Of a stretch of 48,206 nt of DNA, positions 39,831 through 48,206 are shown piece by piece. Made by a program: the position numbers and the translations under genes. Every line of letters begins with the position of its first letter. Position 1 is the first letter of the stretch. The notes below the pieces were generated by a model. It was not told the DNA's origin. It searched no databases and worked only from the letters and a program-made list of their open reading frames with translations. The stretch is from an uncultured Nitrososphaerota archaeon (GTDB lineage: Archaea > Korarchaeota > Korarchaeia > Korarchaeales > Korarchaeaceae). The stretch is from NCBI GenBank assembly GCA_964618805.1, contig CAZUBM010000015.1, forward strand, positions 1 through 48,206, given 5' to 3'.

Positions 39831-41471
39831 TTGACCAGCAAGCCTAAGATTCTGATCGAGAATGGTATTATTATGGATGGAACGGGTAATCCTTGGTTTA
39901 AGGGCGATGTTGCAATAGAGGAAGGTAAAATCGTAGCAATAGGTAGAGTAAGAGGCTTTCAAGCTGACATAAAGATAGATGCGACGAATCTTGTTGTTTG
40001 CCCAGGATTCATTGACATCCATGGACACAGCGATCTAGCTGTGATTGTTAACCCAAAAGCCGAGAGCAAAGTAATGCAAGGAGTTACAACAGAACTTGGA
40101 GGAAATTGTGGTCAATCACCTGCTCCTCTGGAAGGATATGCTTTGGAGGAGGAAAAGAAGTCTGCAGAGAGGTACGGGATAAAGATAGATTGGAGGAGTT
40201 TTGGCGAGTATCTTGACAGAATTGAAAGGCAAGGTTGTTCGATCAATTTCGCATGCCTCGTTGGTCATGGAACTATAAGATGGTGCGTTGTAGGTCCAGA
40301 TGACAGGGATCCCACAGGAGAGGAAATGGAGAAAATGAAGGAACTGGTTGACAAATCGATGAGGGAAGGTGCATTTGGACTTTCAACAGGGCTTATGTAT
40401 GCACCAGGCTGTTATGCAAGTACCGAGGAAATAATAGAGCTAGCCAAGGTTGTGGCAAAGCACGGAGGGATTTATGCATCTCACATAAGGAGAAGAGGAG
40501 AGGGAATAAGGCGGTGGGGACTAATCGCTCCTAGGATAGACACTCTCGTAGAGGCTGTAAGGGAGACGATAGAAGTTGGAGAGAGGGCTGGTCTTCCAGC
40601 TCAAGTAAGCCATCACAAGGCAATGGGAAGAGTAAATTGGGGGAAGGTTAGGAAAACCCTTGCTATGGTTGAGGACGCTAGGCTAAGAGGGGTTGATGTT
40701 ACGTGCGATCAATATCCTTACACGGCCGCAAGCAGCAGCTTAGCCTCAATATTTCCGGCGTGGGCAAGAGCTGGAGGAACTAAGAAGCTTATTGAAAGGC
40801 TGATGAATCCTGAAACTAGGGCTAGGATAAGGGAGGAGACCATTGAGAACATGGAAGGTATAGGCGCTGAGTATGGTTGGGAAGACGCCTACATTTCAAA
40901 CCTTAAATCCGAAAAGAACTCGCATTTAATTGGAAAGAGCCTAAAAGAAGCTGCTAAATTAATTGGAAAGCATCCCTTTGATGCTGCAGCTGATCTTCTG
41001 ATAGAAGAGGAAGGAGCGGTGAGCATAGTCTACTTCGCCATGTGCGAGGAGGATGTTGAGACTGTGATGAAAAACAGGAATGTTATGGTAGGATCCGATG
41101 GTTATGCTCTTTCTCCAAAAGGGATTCTTGGTAGGGGAAAGCCTCATCCAAGGAGCTATGGGACTTATCCAAGAGTTTTAGGAGTTTATGTGAGAGAAAA
41201 AAGGGTTATTCCTTGGGAAGAAGCGATAAGAAAGATGACATCTATGCCAGCTCAAAAATTGGGGCTATTCGACAGAGGTCTGATAAGGCCCGGAATGTGG
41301 GCAGATGTTGTGGTATTTAACCCAAGAACGATCAAAGACAGGGCTACATTCGAGGATCCTCACAGATTTCCGGCAGGAATTGAGTATGTCATGGTGAACG
41401 GGGAAATCGTAGTTGAGAAGGGAGCCCATACAGGATTAACTCCTGGGATGGTCTTAAGACATGGGACATGA
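39831..41471 (+). CDS. N-acyl-D-amino-acid deacylase (D-aminoacylase)
   Basis: PGFIDIHGHSD, GNCG, SHIR, SHHK, DQYPY, GSDG, HPRSYGT; TTG after AGGTGA. Confidence 0.95.
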   Translation: MTSKPKILIENGIIMDGTGNPWFKGDVAIEEGKIVAIGRVRGFQADIKIDATNLVVCPGFIDIHGHSDLAVIVNPKAESKVMQGVTTELGGNCGQSPAPLEGYALEEEKKSAERYGIKIDWRSFGEYLDRIERQGCSINFACLVGHGTIRWCVVGPDDRDPTGEEMEKMKELVDKSMREGAFGLSTGLMYAPGCYASTEEIIELAKVVAKHGGIYASHIRRRGEGIRRWGLIAPRIDTLVEAVRETIEVGERAGLPAQVSHHKAMGRVNWGKVRKTLAMVEDARLRGVDVTCDQYPYTAASSSLASIFPAWARAGGTKKLIERLMNPETRARIREETIENMEGIGAEYGWEDAYISNLKSEKNSHLIGKSLKEAAKLIGKHPFDAAADLLIEEEGAVSIVYFAMCEEDVETVMKNRNVMVGSDGYALSPKGILGRGKPHPRSYGTYPRVLGVYVREKRVIPWEEAIRKMTSMPAQKLGLFDRGLIRPGMWADVVVFNPRTIKDRATFEDPHRFPAGIEYVMVNGEIVVEKGAHTGLTPGMVLRHGT

Positions 41472-41474
41472 CAT

Positions 41475-41954
41475 TCAGCTTTCAAGACTTTTCCTCAACA
41501 TAACAACATCTTTGCCCAAATATCCTTCTCTAACGAAGCCATAAATTGTAAACCCCAAGTTCAAATAGAAGGATATGAAAAACCTCTCATCAGCTGGCAC
41601 TGAGGTCGTAACGTAATTAGCATTCGGTACCTTTTCCTTTATAATCTTGCTGAAGTGGTCTAATAGCATTTTTTCCAACCCAGCTATCGATGCTTCTTTG
41701 CTAAGGACGTGTATGAAGACGATGCTGGGAGGCAAAGAGGCAGTCCCGGTTATAATGCCCGCAATTTTATCGTCCTTCTTTGCTACTACAGATACTTTAA
41801 GTGGACCCCATATCATCCTAAGGATCCCTTCCTTTCCCTTTATGGCAGGAGGAAGAGTACCTTTGAGAGACTCAAACAGAACTTCAGCACATTTCTCTGC
41901 ATCCTCAGGTTTTAACTCTTCAAGGATATATTCTGATTCATTCAAATTACTCAC
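41475..41954 (-). CDS. GNAT-fold protein
   Basis: VVAKKDDKIAG, FYLNLGF; acetyl-CoA loop degenerate (ASIAGLE). Confidence 0.7.
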   Translation of the reverse strand: MSNLNESEYILEELKPEDAEKCAEVLFESLKGTLPPAIKGKEGILRMIWGPLKVSVVAKKDDKIAGIITGTASLPPSIVFIHVLSKEASIAGLEKMLLDHFSKIIKEKVPNANYVTTSVPADERFFISFYLNLGFTIYGFVREGYLGKDVVMLRKSLES

Positions 41955-42073
41955 CTATGAATCTCCTATGCTGACCTTAATTATGATTTCTGCGTGAATT
42001 CAGACCTATTAAACAGTATGTTAATCGAAGGAATTTACATCATCTTGAAAAGCTATCCCTTCAAGGTAATTAT

Positions 42074-42970
42074 ATGGAGCCTAGAAGGCTGAAAAAGAAT
42101 TCTATTAAGCTTTTCTGGACCGAAGCAAGTTGTTGGAGAAAGTTGGCTCTTTTAAGGCTTCTGGGAGTTCTTAAAGAGGATTTAGCGGAAAAATATCTAA
42201 GCAAGGTATTGAGTCTTCAGAATCGGGATGGTGGATTTGCAAGAATTGAAGGCGAAGCCTCCTCGGTTAAAAATACTGCCGAAGCTATAATATATCTTAT
42301 CAGATCAGGCAAAATACCAAGTTTGTCAATAATACAGCGCGCAATAGATTCCTTATGGAACCTCCAGAAGAATAATGGAGGCTGGCACGAGAACCCTAAG
42401 TTGTCCAAGGAAAAGATTCCTTTTTGGTCAAGTAGTGAGAAAGGTGTTCCCATACTTACTGCTGATTCCATAGAGGCTTTAGTGGAAGCTGGTTACAGGG
42501 AAGATGATCGGGTGCTGAGAGCAATTGACTGGCTACTAAGCATGCAATCTCCAACTGGGATGTGGCTGAGCATTGAGGGCGCGGATCCTAGCGATACAGA
42601 ACCAGATTCAACACAAAGAGCGATGTCAGCGTTGATAAATTTTGGAATACCAGTTAGTTCTCAAGTAATAAAGAAGGCATGCGCAGCTCTTGAGGACTTC
42701 GTTATGATGGAGGCAGAAGAATGGGCAAAGAATTACCCTCCAGTATGGCCATGGATAGCCGCCTTAGATGGACTTATAGCTGCAGGCTACACTCTAGAAA
42801 ACCAAGTAGTCCAGTACTCTCTGAATAAAATCCTAGAATTGCAAGGAGAAGATGGTGGCTGGCCAAACAGGTATGAACTTCGCGTAATCCCGACATTGGT
42901 AGCTTTGAACTTCATTCCTAAAGAGAAGGCTTGGAAATACATCAAGATGATTGAAAAAGACGGTGGTTGA
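42074..42970 (+). CDS. Prenyltransferase/squalene-oxidase (QW) repeat protein
   Basis: LQNRDGGF, LQKNNGGW, MQSPTGMW, LQGEDGGW repeats. Confidence 0.85.
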   Translation: MEPRRLKKNSIKLFWTEASCWRKLALLRLLGVLKEDLAEKYLSKVLSLQNRDGGFARIEGEASSVKNTAEAIIYLIRSGKIPSLSIIQRAIDSLWNLQKNNGGWHENPKLSKEKIPFWSSSEKGVPILTADSIEALVEAGYREDDRVLRAIDWLLSMQSPTGMWLSIEGADPSDTEPDSTQRAMSALINFGIPVSSQVIKKACAALEDFVMMEAEEWAKNYPPVWPWIAALDGLIAAGYTLENQVVQYSLNKILELQGEDGGWPNRYELRVIPTLVALNFIPKEKAWKYIKMIEKDGG

Positions 42971-42997
42971 TCAAACTGTCTTTGGTCTGAATAACTT

Positions 42998-43654
42998 ATG
43001 TTCAATTTATCTCTAGAAAGATTTGCTTTAGCGCTTAACAAAAATCTTATTAGGATATTTAAGCTAGAAAACTATCGGATGCCGTCCGAATTTTTGTTTG
43101 GAGACTTTATTATAAAGATTTCAAGAGGAAAGTGCTTAAAGGAACCGAATAGCATAACAGTAGAGGCCTTTAAACCAGAAGGATTGAAAGATATTGTAGA
43201 GATCTTGGCCTTAAAGTTTCCTCCATCTAAAGCCAATTACTCGAGAGAATGGCGCTGTTTAACCATTAAGATGTTTGATAGGCTCATAGGCCTATATGCA
43301 TCTGGAAAGATCTCTTTTTGTGCCGATGATATAGAAGATGCTAAAGAAATTCTAAAACACATCAAGAAACTAATGGATGAAGCGAAAAAGGACTTAAAGA
43401 TGAAAGGATCGCCCTCTATGGAAGAGATTGATGCATGGAATAAGCTGACTCCCTTAGAACTCTACAAGTACCTGCCAAAAACGAATTGTGGGGAGTGTGG
43501 GGAGCAAACCTGTATGGCCTTCGCAGTAAAAGTTCTAACCGGCGAGAAAGGGCTTGGAGACTGCCTTGCTTTAAGTCAAATTGAAGATCAGGCAGAAATG
43601 CTTGAGAAAGCTTTTGGAAGAAGGGTGTTGGAGGCTCTAGGATGGAAGAAATAG
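42998..43654 (+). CDS. (Fe-S)-binding protein (COG4871-like)
   Basis: LPKTNCGECGEQTCMAFA...C cluster motif; LYASGKI. Confidence 0.85.
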   Translation: MFNLSLERFALALNKNLIRIFKLENYRMPSEFLFGDFIIKISRGKCLKEPNSITVEAFKPEGLKDIVEILALKFPPSKANYSREWRCLTIKMFDRLIGLYASGKISFCADDIEDAKEILKHIKKLMDEAKKDLKMKGSPSMEEIDAWNKLTPLELYKYLPKTNCGECGEQTCMAFAVKVLTGEKGLGDCLALSQIEDQAEMLEKAFGRRVLEALGWKK

Positions 43655-43721
43655 GATGTACATATGCTATGTAAGAACATAGAGTGATATTTGGAAGTAA
43701 CTCTGCCCTGTTTAGGAGAAC

Positions 43722-44762
43722 TCAATCAGGAATTATTGCAACCTTAAGGTCCTTCTTAGATGGAAGAATTGAGTCGAAAACTTCCTTAATCTTAGAAAGC
43801 GGCATCTCTCTGGTTATTATTGGCTTAACATCGATTAGGCCAGAGCTTATCAGATTAAAGGCTTTGGTAAACTCTTCAGGGGTTGCGTGGAACGTTCCTA
43901 TCAGGGTAACTTCCCCATAGTGTAGAAGCTCCGTATTAACCTCTATCTTTGTTCCTGAAGGACATCCACCGAACTCAAGGACAGTACCTCCTTTTGCAAC
44001 AAGCTCCAAAGCCTTTTGCCAGGTTGTTGGTAAGCCAACTGCCTCTATGACGACATCGGCTCCAAGTCCGTCGGTTTCTTCTTTAACTCTAGACGTAATG
44101 TCTTCCTCTGAGACATTGATTGTAACATCTGCTCCCAATTTTTCTGCTATCTTTAGCCTTTCTTCTTCAAGATCGCCAATTATTACCTTCTTTGCCCCCA
44201 TCTTCTTAGCTAACTGCGTATGAAGTATGCCGATGGGACCAGCTCCTATTACAGCTATGGTATCTCCTAGCTTAACTCCTGCTTTTAATGCCCCATGGAG
44301 GACGCATGCTAAGGGTTCTGTTATAGCAGCCTCTGCATAAGAAAGATGGGGTGGTAAAATATGTAGGTTATGCTTAACTATTGGGGCTGGAACCTTCACA
44401 TACTCTGCGTATGAACCCCATAGCCAGATTCTGTTCTCACAAAGGTTATACAAACCTTTCTGGCACATCGGACACCTATAGCAAGGTGTACTATTACCAG
44501 CCCTTATTCGCATACCTTCTTCTATCCCTTGAACTCCCTCTCCTACTTTTACTACGTCTCCAGCCCATTCGTGACCAAATGGTTGAGGATACTTTATTAT
44601 CCCACCAACATAACCTCTCCTATATATCTTAAGATCTGTCCCACAGGTCGTAGCAGCTTTAACCTTAACTAAGACTTCTCCTGGACCTACTTCAGGTATA
44701 TCAACCTCCTCGAGCCTAAGATCCTTAACGCCATAAAGCAGGGCGGCCTTCATCTTGCCCAT
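43722..44762 (-). CDS. Zn-binding alcohol dehydrogenase (iditol/threonine DH-like)
   Basis: CGTD, GHE, CxxCxxC...C, GAGPIG. Confidence 0.95.
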   Translation of the reverse strand: MGKMKAALLYGVKDLRLEEVDIPEVGPGEVLVKVKAATTCGTDLKIYRRGYVGGIIKYPQPFGHEWAGDVVKVGEGVQGIEEGMRIRAGNSTPCYRCPMCQKGLYNLCENRIWLWGSYAEYVKVPAPIVKHNLHILPPHLSYAEAAITEPLACVLHGALKAGVKLGDTIAVIGAGPIGILHTQLAKKMGAKKVIIGDLEEERLKIAEKLGADVTINVSEEDITSRVKEETDGLGADVVIEAVGLPTTWQKALELVAKGGTVLEFGGCPSGTKIEVNTELLHYGEVTLIGTFHATPEEFTKAFNLISSGLIDVKPIITREMPLSKIKEVFDSILPSKKDLKVAIIPD

Positions 44763-44794
44763 CTAACATCCCCTAAACCTTCATCCCAAATCAA

Positions 44795-45820
44795 TTAAGG
44801 TTTCTCTACAGTAATGAGAACCTTCAGACATTCCTTGATCTTAGCTGCCAGTTCGAAAGCTTTTCCCACTTCATCAAGGCTGAACCTATGGGTTATGATC
44901 TTAGAGGCATCTATCCTTTTGGATGAAAGCAGGTTGAGAGCTTCCCTTGTCTCAACATGGCTAGTTGAGTAAGAGGGTATTATTGAAATCTCCTTAAAGA
45001 ACAACTCATGAGGGCTTATCTCAACAAACTCCTTTGGAGAAGTGGGAGCAAAGAGGGATATTGTTCCTCCTTTTCTGCAGGCATCAAGAGCAGTTCGAAA
45101 TGCTTTAGGGCTTGATACCGTTAGGAAAACTAAGTCAGCACCTATACCATTGCTCTCCTCCTTAACTTTTTTAACAAAATCCTCTTTTAGAGGATTGACA
45201 GCGGGACCAACAATTTCTTTAGCTTTCCTAACCCTGTAGTCTACAAGATCACTAGTTATTACCCTTGAGGCTCCTTTCAGCTTAGAGAGAAGGCCTAGCA
45301 TTATGCCTGCTGGACCTGCGCCTATTACTGCAACAACATCTCCTAATTCCAAATTGCACTTGTTTAAAGCCCTTATACAACATCCTAGAGGCTCTATTAG
45401 CGTGGCTTCCTCAAATGACATGTCATTTGGAAGCCTTAACGTGTCAAACCGGACATTTGGTGCTGGAACTCTGAAGAACTCTGCAAAACCTCCAGGATCT
45501 AAATGAGTCTTTCTGAACTGTTCACACATAGTAAAATCCTGATGGGTGCAGTAATGGCAGGACATGCATGATACATGATGGTGAACGAAAACTCTGTCTC
45601 CAACAGAGAAGTTAGATCCCTCTCCTGCCTCAACGACAACGCCTGAGGGCTCATGGCCTAAGACTAATGGTGCTCTATCTTTCAGATACCAGCCCATAAG
45701 GTCAGATCCACAGATACCACAAGCTCTCATTTCAACAAGTATCTCTCCCGAAGATATTGTAGGAACAGTCCATTCCTCACAACGAACGTCTTCCAAAGAG
45801 TAGTAAACGGCAACCTTCAA
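44795..45820 (-). CDS. Zn-binding alcohol dehydrogenase (iditol DH-like)
   Basis: CGSD, GHE, CMSCHYC...C, GAGPAG. Confidence 0.95.
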   Translation of the reverse strand: MKVAVYYSLEDVRCEEWTVPTISSGEILVEMRACGICGSDLMGWYLKDRAPLVLGHEPSGVVVEAGEGSNFSVGDRVFVHHHVSCMSCHYCTHQDFTMCEQFRKTHLDPGGFAEFFRVPAPNVRFDTLRLPNDMSFEEATLIEPLGCCIRALNKCNLELGDVVAVIGAGPAGIMLGLLSKLKGASRVITSDLVDYRVRKAKEIVGPAVNPLKEDFVKKVKEESNGIGADLVFLTVSSPKAFRTALDACRKGGTISLFAPTSPKEFVEISPHELFFKEISIIPSYSTSHVETREALNLLSSKRIDASKIITHRFSLDEVGKAFELAAKIKECLKVLITVEKP

Positions 45821-46366
45821 CTTAATCCCATAATCTCTATGAGGTTAAACTTATCATCTTGTCGATAATCTGACATACTGTATCCACTTCAATAACACTA
45901 TGTGAATTACTAGCGCGCTAGCTATCCTGAGCCTGTCCTTACATGCCTCTTCCATGAGTTCGTACTTCTTAGCCTCCTTTCGAGGAAGCTTATGGCCTCT
46001 TTTGCCTCATTATCTGGACCAAGTAAGTTAGAGTATTCTGTAGCCAGATGGCTCGGCCCATATATTTCGCTTGACAATTTCCACATTCCAGTGAGAATTC
46101 ATCGTATACGTTGACATATGCTGAAACTTCAACCTCGAAGTACACCTCTATTGCCTTCCTACTGTAAATGAAGGAGTTATACTTGGCCTTATAGTAACAG
46201 GGTAACCCGGTTTCAAAATCGAGTATGTTGAGGGATCCCGTGCAAACATGTTTGCTCCTCCTGCCTAATTTTCAACTTCGCGGTCTAGGGTTAAAACGAA
46301 AACCATAAAAAGCTGCCCTACAGGAGAAATTAGTATTTTAATTTTAAGAGGATATAAGCGATTTGA

Positions 46367-47428
46367 ATGAAAGGGGTTCTAATCCCTGATCTCGAATTGA
46401 AGGTAATGATATTCAATAATGAAACCTTCAGAGATCATTACGGGGTCATACCCTACTTAGACGAGAAGGAGATCTGTTATGAGGCCTATCCTCATGTCCT
46501 CTTCTTAGCGATTCCACGCAGCACTAGAGCATTAGAACATCTAAAGTCTCTTGAAGGGAAACAGGTTGTCCTTAGGTTCCTTAGGATGAATAAGAAACTT
46601 GAGTCAGAGGTCGTAGGAGAGTTAACGGGAACCAGATCTCCTCTTATGCCTTGCATGATTGGAACAGAGATCTCTCTAAATGAGAAGCTTATGAGAGCAA
46701 GATATTCTGAGGTAAGAATTGGAAACATAAGAGAAATAGTTGAAGTATCACCTCAGGTCAGAGTTCATGGCAGAATAACAGACTTCGAGAATAAACCGAA
46801 AAGCAACGCTTATGTCATACTAACGAGGCCCTATGGATTCCCAAAGGGAAGGGCAATAACGAAAACCAACGAGAGAGGGTTTTACGAGATGTACGTGCCA
46901 GAAGCGACGTATCATCACGCCTTCGTATGCGACGGGAGGTATGGTCGTGATACTCTGGAGTTTTACGGATGGAACATCCAGATAAAGCCTCCAGATCACG
47001 AGCTTAACGCAAGATTCGATAAAATCGAACTCTACAGGTTGACAGCAGCTGAAACTCCTGAAAGAACGCTAATAATCGAGTTTCTGCCGATGGACATAGC
47101 CTGTACCATCGAAAATCTGAAGAGAATATATGAATTCAAAGGAAAGATTAGTTCTGAAGATATATGCAATGAAAGGTTGTATCCTAAGCTTAGCATCGAA
47201 GACATTGAGGTCTCATTGAGCGGTGAGAAGTTAGAGATAAGAACGCTTTGTCGCAGGTACTATTTGCCAAAAGATCTTGGGATTGAATGTCCTAGACCGA
47301 TTTACGTCCTTGAAGCGAAGATACCCAGCCATATTCCTCCGGGAAAATATGACCTCAGAGTAATAGTACATTTGGATGAGACTCAGGAATGGGGGGAATC
47401 GATGCTCTCCGGTCTTCACATATGGTGA
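46367..47428 (+). CDS. Hypothetical protein with carboxypeptidase-regulatory-like (beta-sandwich) domain
   Basis: VHGRITDFENKP...TKTNERGFYEMYVP..TY. Confidence 0.7.
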   Translation: MKGVLIPDLELKVMIFNNETFRDHYGVIPYLDEKEICYEAYPHVLFLAIPRSTRALEHLKSLEGKQVVLRFLRMNKKLESEVVGELTGTRSPLMPCMIGTEISLNEKLMRARYSEVRIGNIREIVEVSPQVRVHGRITDFENKPKSNAYVILTRPYGFPKGRAITKTNERGFYEMYVPEATYHHAFVCDGRYGRDTLEFYGWNIQIKPPDHELNARFDKIELYRLTAAETPERTLIIEFLPMDIACTIENLKRIYEFKGKISSEDICNERLYPKLSIEDIEVSLSGEKLEIRTLCRRYYLPKDLGIECPRPIYVLEAKIPSHIPPGKYDLRVIVHLDETQEWGESMLSGLHIW

Positions 47429-47490
47429 ACTTGTCTCAGCTGAGAATCAATTTTCTAATATGATTTCCATCTCAAATTAATCTACTCTCT

Positions 47491-48110
47491 TTATCTTCTT
47501 TCATAAAATGCAAGACCAAAGAATAAAACATCAACTGGATCTAGTTTCCCTGTTAGGAGAGGTGAATTGTATAATCCTGACCAAAAAGTTGCAACTATTG
47601 GAACCGCTAGTTTCCTTGAAAGAGGAAGCAAAATCTCGTAAGGAACTGCTTGATAGAAAGCAAATGAGAGTATTCCGATTAAGATCCAAAACAGAATAGC
47701 TAAAACCACAGTTCCTAAAGAGATTGGTACTTCAACCCAGCTAGGCTTTGCTGCAGAAAGCACGATGTCTATGCCGATAAGTCGTATGCTAACTATCCAG
47801 AGGATAGGTATGGGTAAAGAGAAGGCATTAGCCCATAGAAAAGAGTCAATCACTTTGCCCTTAGTTCCAATAAGTGACAGGATACTCTCCTGCAGGAGAT
47901 TGGAGGAAAGCCAGGCGAGGAAGAACATTAGCATGAGTAAAGCTACAGCATACACTAACAGGATGTATATCACACTGCTATGAATTCCCCAATTGGATTG
48001 GAGTAGAAGATATGAGGCGACATAATTTAGTAGGTAAGCAAAGAAATAAACACTAGTATGATCTTTATTTCCCTATTATGAGATAGTTTCTCTTCAAGTA
48101 AGCCATTCAT
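47491..48110 (-). pseudogene. Frameshifted multi-TM protein, possibly degenerate CPBP/CAAX-protease-like
   Basis: ATG 48110 frame stops after about 27 codons; a shifted frame continues into ORF 47491-47973; no intact EExxxR motif. Confidence 0.4.
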
Positions 48111-48206
48111 GTATACACCTGTCTCTAATGCATTCCCTTGATCGGTTTTGAAAATAAAATCTATCTAAGAGCAAGTCACAGTTCTAATCTGGCTTGTTTT
48201 TGATCT

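Noticed and set aside
42337-42342. GCGCGC inside the prenyltransferase-repeat gene (also GCGCGAGCGC near 17807)
   Set aside because: In-frame, ordinary codons in intact genes with three or fewer repeat units; compatible with chance.
20-47983. Numerous short antisense or overlapping ORFs (e.g. 491-793, 12107-12499, 21417-21755, 33432-33788, 35175-35546, 41647-41997)
   Set aside because: They lie opposite well-supported genes and show no motifs or RBS.
1-48206. CRISPR array, tRNA/rRNA, transposase or integrase
   Set aside because: No regularly spaced repeats, recognisable RNA genes or recombinase motifs were seen by eye; small or divergent elements could have been missed.

Overview
Archaeal-type chromosomal window (about 40% GC by eye, GGTGA/GGAGG ribosome-binding sites, TATA boxes, AGA/AGG arginine codons). 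The gene content resembles Bathyarchaeia, but that assignment is inference. Intact genes include an SPL-family radical SAM protein fused to a PolX-type 8-kDa HhH domain, a tandem USP, an ECF transporter module, a vapBC TA pair, DUF1847, YbaK, GNATs, an S9 peptidase plus MFS, a V4R-like plus DUF3422-like pair, a divergent MBL-fold protein, two methyltransferases, amidohydrolase, M29 aminopeptidase, D-aminoacylase, a prenyltransferase-repeat plus Fe-S pair, and two Zn alcohol dehydrogenases. Between them lie roughly 20 decayed genes that show two recurring mutational signatures. First, large internal deletions and gene chimeras whose junctions can often be read as a motif of both partners, suggesting microhomology joining. 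Second, five (GC)4-5 tracts found only in dead DNA, two of which restore the reading frame when exactly one GCGC is removed. A small ORF at 4257-4598 matches the residue spacing of an archaeal histone fold with altered DNA-binding loops. No CRISPR array, tRNA, rRNA or transposase was recognised.
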